Origin: Candidatus Poribacteria bacterium | GTDB lineage: Bacteria; Poribacteria; WGA-4E; WGA-3G | Direction of reading: 5' to 3' | Assembly: GCA_965205025.1 (NCBI GenBank) | Contig: CBDBFU010000012.1 | Span: 192,001 to 256,000, forward strand | Length of the DNA stretch: 64,000 nt | Shown: positions 1 to 10,071 of the stretch, piece after piece | Layout of the letters: the number at the start of each line of letters is the position of its first letter | How positions within the stretch are numbered: position 1 is the stretch's first letter | Made by a program: the position numbers and the translations under genes | Notes under the pieces: model-generated | Told to the model about the DNA's origin: nothing | The model's database searches: none | The model's input: only the letters and a program-made list of their open reading frames with translations

Positions 1-1
1 A

Positions 2-1300
2 GATGTTCCTAACCAACCATTGAACGTTAAGATAGACCTTTCAAAAAAAGATGGTAGTTGGAACGGTACAATCGACATCCCCACTCAAGGGGCAATAGGA
101 TTATCGTTGTCCGAATTTCAAATTGATGAAACTGAAGAAATACCCAATGTAAGATTCTCTATTAATGGTGTGCCGGGTAATCCTACCTTTGATGGACAGC
201 TACAAGAGCAGATCATCAAAGGAAAATTCACACAAGCAGGTTTTACATTCGATTTTCATCTTTCACGAGAGAAAATTGCCGGTCCATCCAGACCACAAGA
301 ACCGAAACCACCCTTCCCATACAAAATTGAAGAAGTTGAATATAAGAATGGAACTGTTAATCTTGCTGGCACACTAACCTTACCCGCCAGTGCTGGACCT
401 TTCCCCGCTGTACTACTTATCACTGGAAGCGGTTTGCAGGACAGAGATGAGACGATATTTGGACATAAGCCATTTTGGCTAATTGCCGACTTCCTTACCC
501 GCGCGGGTATCGCAGTACTCAGAGTTGATGATCCCGGCATTGGTAAATCAACACAGCACCCCAAACCTCCTACAACCGCAGATTTTGCTACTGACGTAGA
601 CGCCGGAGTTGCCTTTCTTAAGAAAGATAAGAGAATTGCATCTGTAGGGTTGATCGGTCACAGTGAAGGTGGGGCAATTGCATCTATTGTCGCAAGTCGA
701 AATGATGATGTTAAGTTTACTGTTCTCTTAGCAGCACCGGGAGTAGTCGGTTCGGAACTCCTCCGAAAACAGAATCAGCGAATTTACGATGCAATGGGGT
801 TTGAAGAGGAACGTAAACAAGCATTAATGACACTACTTGATAGTCTATTTACAATTTTAACTTCGGATAAACCAGATGCTGAAGTGCATCCGCAGGTGAG
901 TATAATTGTACGTAAACAATTTGAACTAAACGGTATACATGCTGACAAAGTGGATGATAGAATGGTGCAGGCATCAGTTAAACAAGCACTAAATCCATGG
1001 ATGCGATATTTTCTTACCTTCAATCCACAACCTTATTTACGCAAAATTAAAACACCTGTTTTAGCACTTAACGGTGAGCTTGATGTACAAGTTGATGCGG
1101 AACAAAATATAACTGCTATTGCACATGCACTTGAACAAGGTGGGAATCAATACGTGACAATACATCGTATACCAGAACTAAACCATCTCTTTCAACATGC
1201 AAAAACAGGATTAGTCAATGAATATGCCGTAATTGAGGAGACCATCTCACCAGAAGTATTGAAACTCATTAAGGACTGGATACTCTCATTGAAACAATAA
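2..1300 (+). CDS. Alpha/beta hydrolase (S33/CocE-like serine peptidase/esterase), probably truncated at the window edge
   Basis: GHSEGG nucleophile elbow, GSGLQDRDE motif, GELDVQV acid residue and LNHLFQ histidine. The frame is open from base 2. Confidence 0.85.
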   Translation, partial: DVPNQPLNVKIDLSKKDGSWNGTIDIPTQGAIGLSLSEFQIDETEEIPNVRFSINGVPGNPTFDGQLQEQIIKGKFTQAGFTFDFHLSREKIAGPSRPQEPKPPFPYKIEEVEYKNGTVNLAGTLTLPASAGPFPAVLLITGSGLQDRDETIFGHKPFWLIADFLTRAGIAVLRVDDPGIGKSTQHPKPPTTADFATDVDAGVAFLKKDKRIASVGLIGHSEGGAIASIVASRNDDVKFTVLLAAPGVVGSELLRKQNQRIYDAMGFEEERKQALMTLLDSLFTILTSDKPDAEVHPQVSIIVRKQFELNGIHADKVDDRMVQASVKQALNPWMRYFLTFNPQPYLRKIKTPVLALNGELDVQVDAEQNITAIAHALEQGGNQYVTIHRIPELNHLFQHAKTGLVNEYAVIEETISPEVLKLIKDWILSLKQ

Positions 1301-1530
1301 CTTAAGAGGAATTAAGAAATTACCTAACTCAAATATACTTTTCATTGATATTACCCTTCTTTATCTGGTATACTGGTAACATACAGAACATTAAAAGACC
1401 CAAAATAAAATACACCATTATTCGTTCAAGGCTTGCTAAGAAATAATTTTGCCAAAACATATAAGGAATTAATTCCTAATAATCCAATCTACCTTATTAT
1501 ATTTTCCTATAGCACCTTCCGAATATTACA

Positions 1531-3051
1531 TTGAGGTCGACAACGACTATGTTTCGATCAAAAAAAATATTTGTCCTACTTCTTACGGGTATCGTTTTCT
1601 GTCTATTTGTCATATATATTACCGATACCGTTAGCCAATCCTATCAACGAAAAAAGACATATACTGATAAGCAATCCTATCAGGAGAATAGACCTTCAAA
1701 CCGTAGATATTATCCTAAACGACAAAGACGTTTTCATTCTCCATCCTCAACATTAAGTGGTCCTTGGAAACATACATCAAATCTACCGCTTGTAATAATT
1801 GATACAGACGGTAAGTGGATACCAGATGAACCGAAAACTCCTGCTCAAATGAAGATTATATACGATGAGTCTGGCGGTAGAAATAGTTTGAATAGTGCAC
1901 ATATTCATTTTGATGGAAAAATTGGCATTGAGATAAGAGGACAGACATCCCAAATGTTTCCAAAGAAACAGTATGGGATTGAAATTCAAGATGATACAGG
2001 TAATGACAAAGATGTCTCTATACTTGAAATGCCAGCAGGTTCAGACTGGGTGTTGAACGGTCCATATAGTGATAAAAGTTTGATGCGGAATTACTTGGCG
2101 TATGAGTTTAGTAATCGTATCGGTAGATATGCCACTCGAACCAGATTTGTGGAAGTTTTCCTCAATACAAGTAGAGATAAGGATATAGATGCACAACATT
2201 ATGTCGGTGTATATTTGTTTATAGAAAAAATAAAACGGGGAAAAGACAGAGTGCCTATTCAATCTTTACAACCAACCCATAAGGATATTCCAGAGATCAC
2301 TGGGGGGTATATGTTGAAGATAGATAAAAGTGATCGTCAAGAGACTTTTTTCTTTACAAATCATGATACACGTTTAGCTTATGTATATCCTAAAGAACGT
2401 AATATGAACTGGGAGCAGAAGCGGTGGATACACAGATATATGAACGATTTCGAATACGCTTTATCCAGTAGTCAATATAAAGACCCAAATATTGGTTATG
2501 CAAAGTATATTGATGTTGATTCATTTATTGATCATTTTATAATCAATGAGTTATTCAAAAATACTGATGGGTTTCGGTATAGCGCGTATATGTATAAAGA
2601 TAGAAATGGCAAATTGAATATGGGACCTGTCTGGGATTTCAATTTATCTATTGGAAATACGATATTCCATCAAGGTTGGGAAACAGATTCTTGGTTGATC
2701 TATACAAATCCTGTCCCATTCTGGTGGCATCGATTAATAACGGATGATAACTTTAAACAGAAACTTGTCAAAAGATGGAAGTCTCTCCGAAAGGAAGAAT
2801 TGTCCAATTCAGCTCTACTTAATGAAATAGACCGGACAGCAGAATACCTATCGGAAGCACAGAAACGAAACTACCAAAGATGGCCCGTTTTACGATATAC
2901 ACTTTTTGGTAATCCCGGACCCGGTTCGCCAACCTATCAGGGACAGGTAAATGACCTGAAAAATTGGCTCAAAACTCACTTACAATGGATGGATACGAAC
3001 ATCGAAAAATTACCTGGCAGATCCCAATATGTACGAAGACGTCGATATTAA
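1531..3051 (+). CDS. CotH kinase family protein (probable start ATG 1549)
   Basis: IRGQTS..FPKKQY, DWVL.GPYSDKSLMRNYLAY, YVGVY..IEKI, NTDG and GPVWDFNLS motifs; N-terminal hydrophobic segment. Confidence 0.88.
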   Translation: MRSTTTMFRSKKIFVLLLTGIVFCLFVIYITDTVSQSYQRKKTYTDKQSYQENRPSNRRYYPKRQRRFHSPSSTLSGPWKHTSNLPLVIIDTDGKWIPDEPKTPAQMKIIYDESGGRNSLNSAHIHFDGKIGIEIRGQTSQMFPKKQYGIEIQDDTGNDKDVSILEMPAGSDWVLNGPYSDKSLMRNYLAYEFSNRIGRYATRTRFVEVFLNTSRDKDIDAQHYVGVYLFIEKIKRGKDRVPIQSLQPTHKDIPEITGGYMLKIDKSDRQETFFFTNHDTRLAYVYPKERNMNWEQKRWIHRYMNDFEYALSSSQYKDPNIGYAKYIDVDSFIDHFIINELFKNTDGFRYSAYMYKDRNGKLNMGPVWDFNLSIGNTIFHQGWETDSWLIYTNPVPFWWHRLITDDNFKQKLVKRWKSLRKEELSNSALLNEIDRTAEYLSEAQKRNYQRWPVLRYTLFGNPGPGSPTYQGQVNDLKNWLKTHLQWMDTNIEKLPGRSQYVRRRRY

Positions 3052-3287
3052 TTACGGTAGTAACCCCAGTTCAATGTTAGCAATTATGACCTTTCAGTAA
3101 TTTTCTGAACTATTGAATGCATATTTATGCAACCATTACTACCTGAAATAGCGTCTTAAAACTAAGAGAAATGAAACTTGGTTAGAATTTTTCTACAAGA
3201 AGAATAATTTATGGAGTAAACAGGAAATCACAGTTTACGTAACTAATGTGTCAAAATATTTGTAGATTTTTCTATGAATTTCTGAAG

Positions 3288-3329
3288 AAAAACTAAAAAC
3301 TAACAACCAATAACTAACAACTATCAACC
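3288..3329 (+). repeat. Heptamer tandem array (NNNAACT) upstream of moxR
   Basis: aaaaact aaaaact aacaacc aataact aacaact atcaacc. Confidence 0.75.
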
Positions 3330-3352
3330 AATTAACAATCCAAGGATTAATA

Positions 3353-4369
3353 ATGCAAACACCACAACATAACGACCAAATGGATGCCGATGATGTTGCC
3401 GCAATTGATGAACTTAGAAAAGTATACGGCGAATTAAAAAGTACGCTGCACAAGATCATCATTGGACAAGAGCAAGTCATAGAAAACTTAGCAATCTGTC
3501 TCTTTTCTCAAGGACATGCCCTATTAATGGGTGTACCCGGATTAGCAAAAACACTATTAGTAAGTTGTTTCGCTGATACAATGGCATTATCTTTCAGAAG
3601 AATACAATTTACCCCCGATTTAATGCCTATGGACATCACGGGTACTGATATCCTACAGGAAATCCCTGGCGGAAAACGAGAGTTTGAGTTCGTCAAGGGA
3701 CCACTCTTCGCTAATCTTATCCTTGCCGATGAAATTAACAGAGCTCCTTCAAAAACACAAGCAGCCATGCTTGAAGCCATGCAGGAATATAAGATTACTG
3801 TTATCGGGAGGACATACCAGTTGGATCCACCTTTCTTTGTACTTGCAACACAAAACCCAATTGAACAGGAAGGAACATATCCACTACCAGAAGCACAATT
3901 AGATAGGTTCATGTTCAGAATTGAAGTAGATTATCCAAATCGTGTGGAAGAAATCGAAATTGCCAGAACAACAACAGGTATGTCTCTACCGACTTTGGAT
4001 CATGTAATCACAGGTGATCAAGTCCTGGCGTTTCAGAATCTTGTACGCCGTGTCCCAGTTCCGGAGCACATCTTTGAATTTGCTGTGGACTTAGCAAGAA
4101 GTACGCGTCCAAAAGGTGATGCTGCACCAGAATGGTTAAAACCGCTTGTAGCCTGGGGAGCCGGACCACGCGCAGTTCAATATCTAATTCTTGGGGCAAA
4201 AGCCCGCGCAGCACTTAGTGGTAGTTATATGGCACGGCTTGAAGATATCGTTGCAGTTGCAAATCCGGTATTAGGACACAGAGTCATCACATCTTTTGCT
4301 GCTGAATCGGAAAACATTACCAGTGGAGACATCGTTGACCGTCTTGTAGAAGAACTTTCTGAGAACTAA
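3353..4369 (+). CDS. moxR: MoxR family AAA+ ATPase
   Basis: Walker A GVPGLAKT, RIQFTPDLMP, Walker B ILADEINRA, ATQNPIEQEGTYPLPEAQLDRF. Confidence 0.95.
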   Translation: MQTPQHNDQMDADDVAAIDELRKVYGELKSTLHKIIIGQEQVIENLAICLFSQGHALLMGVPGLAKTLLVSCFADTMALSFRRIQFTPDLMPMDITGTDILQEIPGGKREFEFVKGPLFANLILADEINRAPSKTQAAMLEAMQEYKITVIGRTYQLDPPFFVLATQNPIEQEGTYPLPEAQLDRFMFRIEVDYPNRVEEIEIARTTTGMSLPTLDHVITGDQVLAFQNLVRRVPVPEHIFEFAVDLARSTRPKGDAAPEWLKPLVAWGAGPRAVQYLILGAKARAALSGSYMARLEDIVAVANPVLGHRVITSFAAESENITSGDIVDRLVEELSEN

Positions 4370-4508
4370 TATCGCTTCTGTGTTTTGGCATCTATCAATG
4401 AACCAGAATAACTAATCTTGCTATGTAAGGATTTAACTATATAAATCCTACAGAGTCTGTTGAATTACTTTATTAGATCACAATCATCAAAAAGATGCTC
4501 AACGGTCT

Positions 4509-4536
4509 AAAAACTATTAACTAAAAACTAACAACT
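4509..4536 (+). repeat. Heptamer tandem array upstream of the DUF58 gene
   Basis: aaaaact attaact aaaaact aacaact, ending 4 nt before ATG 4541. Confidence 0.75.
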
Positions 4537-4540
4537 ATTT

Positions 4541-5443
4541 ATGGCAATACAACTAAAACGAGATTACCTCGATCAGAAAGTTCTTGAACGTCTATCAACA
4601 TTGGAACTACATGCTCGTTTACCGATGATAGGAAGTGTCGCGGGGAAACATCGCAGTCCAATTCGAGGTTCAAGCCTTGAATTTGCTGAATACCGAAAAT
4701 ATGTTCCCGGCGACGATACCCGAAGACTTGATTGGCGTGCTTATGCACGAAATGATCGGTATTATATTAAAGAATTTGAAGCAGATACAAACCTACGCCT
4801 ATGCCTTATTGTTGATACCAGTGGATCGATGGGTTTCGCGAATAACGGGATGAGTAAACTTGATTATGCCCGAAGGATCGGTGGTACATTAGCATATATT
4901 GCTGCACTACAAGGGGATGCAGTAGGACTTTATTGTGCTGGTGAACAATTTCATAAAGAAATACCACCAAAACGGAGCGCAACACATCTTGGGGCAGTAC
5001 TTGATGAACTCGGATCTGTGGAACCTACAGGTGAAACCGGATTAGTAGATATACTCCACGAAACGGCTGAACGTGTTCCGCAACGCGCAATGATTATTAT
5101 ACTATCTGATCTCTTTATTGATCCTGAAGAAGCGCGAAGTTGTTTTGAACATCTCCGATTTCGTAAACACGATGTTGCTGTCTTTCATCTTATGGAGCAA
5201 AACGAACTCGATTTCGAATTTGACCGTCCTATGCGATTTGTTGATTTAGAGGGAGGAGAACCTGTATTAGCAGATCCACACATCATAGGAACGCAATATC
5301 GGAGAGCAATAGAAACCTATATACAGAATATGGATGAAGTTATCCGTGATACAGAGATTGACTATCATAGGGTAAATATACACGAAGATTACGGAGACTT
5401 ACTGGCTCGATTCCTCTTAGGACGCACACCTAAAAAGCAATAA
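4541..5443 (+). CDS. DUF58 / VWA-like MoxR partner protein
   Basis: GKHRS..RGSSLEFAEYRKYVPGDDTRRLDWRAYAR, DTSGSM MIDAS-like motif, ILSD. Confidence 0.92.
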   Translation: MAIQLKRDYLDQKVLERLSTLELHARLPMIGSVAGKHRSPIRGSSLEFAEYRKYVPGDDTRRLDWRAYARNDRYYIKEFEADTNLRLCLIVDTSGSMGFANNGMSKLDYARRIGGTLAYIAALQGDAVGLYCAGEQFHKEIPPKRSATHLGAVLDELGSVEPTGETGLVDILHETAERVPQRAMIIILSDLFIDPEEARSCFEHLRFRKHDVAVFHLMEQNELDFEFDRPMRFVDLEGGEPVLADPHIIGTQYRRAIETYIQNMDEVIRDTEIDYHRVNIHEDYGDLLARFLLGRTPKKQ

Positions 5444-5454
5444 AGAGGAATAGC

Positions 5455-5612
5455 ATTTGGCTTTCAGCTTTCAGCCATCAGTATTCGGCTATCAGTCTCA
5501 CTTTAATAAATCAAACCATTATATTAAAGACAATGCTTGTCTATTTAATAAAGAAAATACGAACAGAAGGATAAATTGCTGACAGCTGATTGCTGATAGC
5601 CAATAGCCAAAT
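5455..5612. repeat. Inverted pair of heptamer arrays (NNTCAGC / GCTGANN) spanning the intergenic region
   Basis: Left: atttggc tttcagc tttcagc catcagt attcggc tatcagt. Right, reverse-complemented: atttggc tattggc tatcagc aatcagc tgtcagc. Confidence 0.8.
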
Positions 5613-7628
5613 ATGAATTTCCTACAACCACTTACATTATTTGCACTACCTTTAATACTACTCCCAATAATTATACACCTCATTAACCAACGCAGACACC
5701 GAACCGTTCCTTGGGCAGCAATGATGTTCCTCATAACCGCAAAACGTATGAGTAAAGGAATGGCGCGGCTAAGGCATATCCTCATATTACTTATGCGAAC
5801 ATTGGCTATCGCAGCACTCATCTTTGCAATCAGTCGACCCTTATCAGGTGGATGGCTCGGTAGCATTGGCATGACAAAACCGGATGTCACTATGGTGCTA
5901 CTCGATAGATCCGCAAGCATGGAAACCCAAGATTTACAAGCCAATGAATCAAAAAGAACTACAGCACTAAAAAAGTTAGCTGATTTACTAAAACAAGGGG
6001 ATTACGGAAATAACCTCATTCTAATTGACAGTGCAACCGGAAAACTTCAAGATGTTGATTCACCAGATGCATTACTAAGCCTTCCCATGACCCAAGCCAG
6101 CGCAACTACTGCCGATATTCCCAGTATGCTCGAAACAGCATTAACCTATCTAAAAGCGAATAACTCCGGACGTGCAGAAGTATGGATATGTTCAGATCTA
6201 AGAGAGAATGATTGGGTAGTTAATAGTGGTCGATGGGATGCACTACACAACGAATTTACACAATTAGAAGGTATTCATTTTTTCTTATTAGCATATTCAG
6301 AAATACCTGAAAACAATCTATCGGTTAGAGTCAATAACATACAACGGTGGCAACACGGCAACGAAGCTGAACTCATACTCGATATAAGAGTTCGTACTGA
6401 AGGGTATAACACTGGTATACCTAAGATCCCAATTGAGTTTGATGTCAATAATGTCCGTTCTGTCGTGGAGGTGGAACTTGATGATCAAGGGGCATCTATA
6501 CAAGGACATCGAATTCCAATTGAAGGAACACTTAAAACCGGTTGGGGATCTGTTGGACTACCCGGTGATGCAAACCCATTGGATAATCGATTCTTCTTTG
6601 TATTCTCTGAACCACCTGTAAGGAAAACCGTTATTGTTAGTGATAGTGCAAACATAGGTGAAGCTTTCCGGCGTGCCCTTGCAATTCCAGCAGATTCTCG
6701 ACTGCAACATCAAGCGGATGTTGTCCCTGTAGAACGCATAGCGGAGATTGATTGGGTAAACACGGCACTATTAATATGGCAAGCAGCATTACCGGATGGA
6801 TTGGTTGCTGAACAGATCCAGAACTTCGTAAACGAAGGAAAGGCTGTTTTCTTTTTCCCACCAAGTAAGAATACAGGTCTTCAATTTTATGAATCGCAGT
6901 GGGATGAATGGAATAGCGGAGATGGTGGCAATCCGAATGAGATCTCATGGTGGCGCGGCGATACCGATATTTTAGCTCATGTAGATAGTGGTGATCCCTT
7001 ACCTCTAAACGAACTGCGTACATTTCGATATCGTACCCTTGAAACGAATGGAACAACTTTAGCAAGATTCAGCAATGATGCTCCCCTTATATCATATATA
7101 CCAACAGATCGCGGCGCAGTGTATTTCTGTAGTACTTTACCAACAGCACAATACTCATCTTTTGAACGGGACGGTATAACGTTTTATATCATGTTGAATC
7201 GTGTGTTAGCACAAGGGAGTAGTGCATTAGCAATGGCTGCTCAACGCAATGCATCTTTAGACCTATTTAGTGATAATAATCAATGGAAGACCGTTGCTCC
7301 TGAAGGGAAAGTAGAATCGCTATCACAACGCGGCTTACATGCAGGAGTCTATCAAAATGAAGATCAATGGGTTGCAGTCAATAGAGATGAAGAAGAAGAT
7401 ACTGCTAAGGCAGAACCCAATGAGAAAGTGGATGGACTGTTCACGGACTTGTCATATAGACGAATAGATGTTGAAGTTGGGGATACCTCTTCATTAGCAA
7501 GTGAACTCTGGCGGACATTTCTCATTGCTATGATTGTAGCACTCATCCTTGAAGCATTCTTTAGTCTACCAAGTAAAAAAGTTGAAACCAATCCACAGTT
7601 AGACTTCGCTACTGCAGAAGGAGATTAA
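5613..7628 (+). CDS. BatA N-terminal double-TM + VWA domain protein
   Basis: LPIIIHLINQRRHRTVPWAAMMFL BatA motif, LLDRSASM MIDAS, C-terminal TM (ELWR..LI). Confidence 0.88.
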   Translation: MNFLQPLTLFALPLILLPIIIHLINQRRHRTVPWAAMMFLITAKRMSKGMARLRHILILLMRTLAIAALIFAISRPLSGGWLGSIGMTKPDVTMVLLDRSASMETQDLQANESKRTTALKKLADLLKQGDYGNNLILIDSATGKLQDVDSPDALLSLPMTQASATTADIPSMLETALTYLKANNSGRAEVWICSDLRENDWVVNSGRWDALHNEFTQLEGIHFFLLAYSEIPENNLSVRVNNIQRWQHGNEAELILDIRVRTEGYNTGIPKIPIEFDVNNVRSVVEVELDDQGASIQGHRIPIEGTLKTGWGSVGLPGDANPLDNRFFFVFSEPPVRKTVIVSDSANIGEAFRRALAIPADSRLQHQADVVPVERIAEIDWVNTALLIWQAALPDGLVAEQIQNFVNEGKAVFFFPPSKNTGLQFYESQWDEWNSGDGGNPNEISWWRGDTDILAHVDSGDPLPLNELRTFRYRTLETNGTTLARFSNDAPLISYIPTDRGAVYFCSTLPTAQYSSFERDGITFYIMLNRVLAQGSSALAMAAQRNASLDLFSDNNQWKTVAPEGKVESLSQRGLHAGVYQNEDQWVAVNRDEEEDTAKAEPNEKVDGLFTDLSYRRIDVEVGDTSSLASELWRTFLIAMIVALILEAFFSLPSKKVETNPQLDFATAEGD

Positions 7629-7654
7629 AACATCGTCAATTGAAGCGTCTTTAG

Positions 7655-7692
7655 CCAAATTGACACCTATCGTTCAGTTTCTTAACTGAACC
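7655..7692. repeat. Family D terminal end plus degenerate REP-like hairpin
   Basis: ccaaattgacacctat matches the D end at 45170-45185. It is followed by the hairpin gttcagtt-tctt-aactgaac. Confidence 0.6.
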
Positions 7693-7775
7693 AAATACAT
7701 AAAGTGCGGATAAATAAACACGAATAAGACCACTGAGAACTAAGCCAATAACTTAATTGGAGACAAATATATAAA

Positions 7776-9983
7776 ATGCAGGATCAACAAGGTTACCTAC
7801 AATTCTTCACCGACAACACAGTTATTATAACAGGAATAATTATTGTGCTGGTTACCGCTGTATTATGTGGGTTAGCATGGTATCGAAGCGGATTCCGTAA
7901 TAAAATTGGGTTGCTTGAACTACTTCGATTAGTTCTGGTCATACTCGTAGTTTTAACACTAAATCAACCTGAATGGTTAGAATCACAACCTCCAGAACAA
8001 CGTTCCACGCTTGCTGTCCTATGGGATAAATCCAATAGTATGCAAACACGGGATGTAATTAATGAAGAAAACGGTACATCCGAACGCAAAACACGAGCTG
8101 AAACTATTGAACCCTTGATAACTGAAGAAGCATGGCAGCTACCTGATGATTCTGAACTAAATGTCGTTTTCGAACCCTTTTCTTCTCAATTAGATCCTCC
8201 AGAAGAGGGAACAGACATAAACGCAGGTATGTCACACGTTTTAGAGACACACAGCAATCTACGTGGTGTAGTATTACTTTCCGATGGAGATAGGAATATC
8301 GGCAACTCACCAGTTGACGCAGCAACACGGTTTCACATGAAGGGAATACCTGTTTTTACAGTTGGCGTCGGTAGTAAAGTTCCTCTGCCAGATCTGGAGT
8401 TAGTCAGCATGAACGCCCCTACCTACGGTGTTACAAAAAAAGAACTTCGTATACCCTATGTGATTCGAAACACCATGGGACAGGATAGGGAGGTTACCCT
8501 TACACTATCAATTAACGATAAAAGTATAACGACTAAGGTAATCACTGTTCCAGCAATGGGACAATCACAGGATAATGTGTCTTGGACGCCACAAGAAACT
8601 GGTGAATATGATATTAAGATTACACTTGCAAAAGATGCTCAAGAATTAATCCCTGAGAATAACGAACTTTCAGCACCAATATCCATTCGTGAAGAACAGT
8701 TGAAAATACTTGTCATTGAATCCTATCCAAGATGGGAGTACAGATATCTAAGAAATGCATTAGAACGGGATGCTGGTGTTAATGTATCCTGTTTGCTCTT
8801 CCATCCAAAATTACCGCAAATGGGAGGAGGTCGTAGTTATATAGATCGTTTTCCTGACGCAAGAGAACTTAGCGAATTTGACGTGGTGTTTCTCGGAGAT
8901 GTCGGTATTGATGCTGATCAACTCACGGTTGAACAAGCACAAGATCTACGGCAACTGGTAACCGCACAAGCTGCAGGTATTGTTTTCATACCGGGACGTA
9001 CTGGTGCGCAAGAATCTCTAACGATTGGTCCTCTCGCAGATCTTTATCCTGTTGTGTTAGATCCCGCTGTGCCGAAAGGAATTGGTTCAAATATACAAGG
9101 TTATTTCGCACTCACAGAACCCGGGCAACGAAGTCTATTAACCCGTCTTAGCGATACTGATCTTACCAATAGTGAGGTATGGCAAGCATTACCCGGATTC
9201 TTTTGGTATGCAGGTATCCAACGGGCAAAAGTTGGTACAGAAATATTGGCAGTACATGATCAGGTCGCTACTGCATCAGGACGGGTTCCACTTATTGTCA
9301 CCAAAACTTACGGTACAGGTAAAGTCCTATTTATGGGTACAGACAGTGCATGGCGTTGGAGACACGGGGTTGAAGACAAATACCATTATCGCTTCTGGAG
9401 TCAAGTCGCACGATGGATGGCATACAGACGCCAAATGGCACAAGGTGAATCTATACGACTATTCTTCGCACCAGATAGACCAAGTGTAGATGATGTAGTG
9501 ACATTAAACGCAAACGTAATGGATAATGTTGGAGGTCCATTGGACAGAGGTACAGTAATTGTACAAGCAATATCACCCGCCGGTAAAACAGAGACAATAC
9601 GATTACAACCAGGCACTGATGATGCATGGGGATTATTTGTTGGAACGTTTTCACCAAAGGAAGCAGGGAATTACAAACTCATAGCAAGTAGTAGCGAGAC
9701 AGGTGCATCTGTAGAGACAGACCTATCCGTTCAAGGTCTAAATCGCGAACAACAAGGTAAGTTAGCGCGTTTTGATGTGCTTGAAGAAATTGCTAATATC
9801 ACCGATGGAAAAATGGTCACTATATCGGAAGTATCAAGTTTGTTAGATCATCTCGCAGCCTTACCAGAACCGCAACCAATTGTTCAACGGACACGAATCT
9901 GGGCACATCCGTTGTGGGGAGGATTGCTAATATTACTCCTCGGTGTCTTCTGGGTCGCACGCAAAATGGTCGGTGCAATATAG
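7776..9983 (+). CDS. Membrane protein with VWA, Ig-like and class I GATase-like domains (MoxR cluster)
   Basis: N-terminal TMs, LWDKSNSM and LLSDG VWA motifs, PRWEYRYLRNALERD, GTGKVLFMGTDSAWRWR, C-terminal TM. Confidence 0.8.
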   Translation: MQDQQGYLQFFTDNTVIITGIIIVLVTAVLCGLAWYRSGFRNKIGLLELLRLVLVILVVLTLNQPEWLESQPPEQRSTLAVLWDKSNSMQTRDVINEENGTSERKTRAETIEPLITEEAWQLPDDSELNVVFEPFSSQLDPPEEGTDINAGMSHVLETHSNLRGVVLLSDGDRNIGNSPVDAATRFHMKGIPVFTVGVGSKVPLPDLELVSMNAPTYGVTKKELRIPYVIRNTMGQDREVTLTLSINDKSITTKVITVPAMGQSQDNVSWTPQETGEYDIKITLAKDAQELIPENNELSAPISIREEQLKILVIESYPRWEYRYLRNALERDAGVNVSCLLFHPKLPQMGGGRSYIDRFPDARELSEFDVVFLGDVGIDADQLTVEQAQDLRQLVTAQAAGIVFIPGRTGAQESLTIGPLADLYPVVLDPAVPKGIGSNIQGYFALTEPGQRSLLTRLSDTDLTNSEVWQALPGFFWYAGIQRAKVGTEILAVHDQVATASGRVPLIVTKTYGTGKVLFMGTDSAWRWRHGVEDKYHYRFWSQVARWMAYRRQMAQGESIRLFFAPDRPSVDDVVTLNANVMDNVGGPLDRGTVIVQAISPAGKTETIRLQPGTDDAWGLFVGTFSPKEAGNYKLIASSSETGASVETDLSVQGLNREQQGKLARFDVLEEIANITDGKMVTISEVSSLLDHLAALPEPQPIVQRTRIWAHPLWGGLLILLLGVFWVARKMVGAI

Positions 9984-10071
9984 TTGTAATTTAATACAAC
10001 ATCTATTGTACATACTGATATAATACACCAAGTCTAAGCTTATGCTAATCTGAATCTCCTTTGAGGATTCT

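Noticed and set aside
3056-3143. ggtagtaa ... ttactacc inverted ends after cotH
   Set aside because: Only an 8-bp match and no second clear copy in the window, so I cannot support it as an element.
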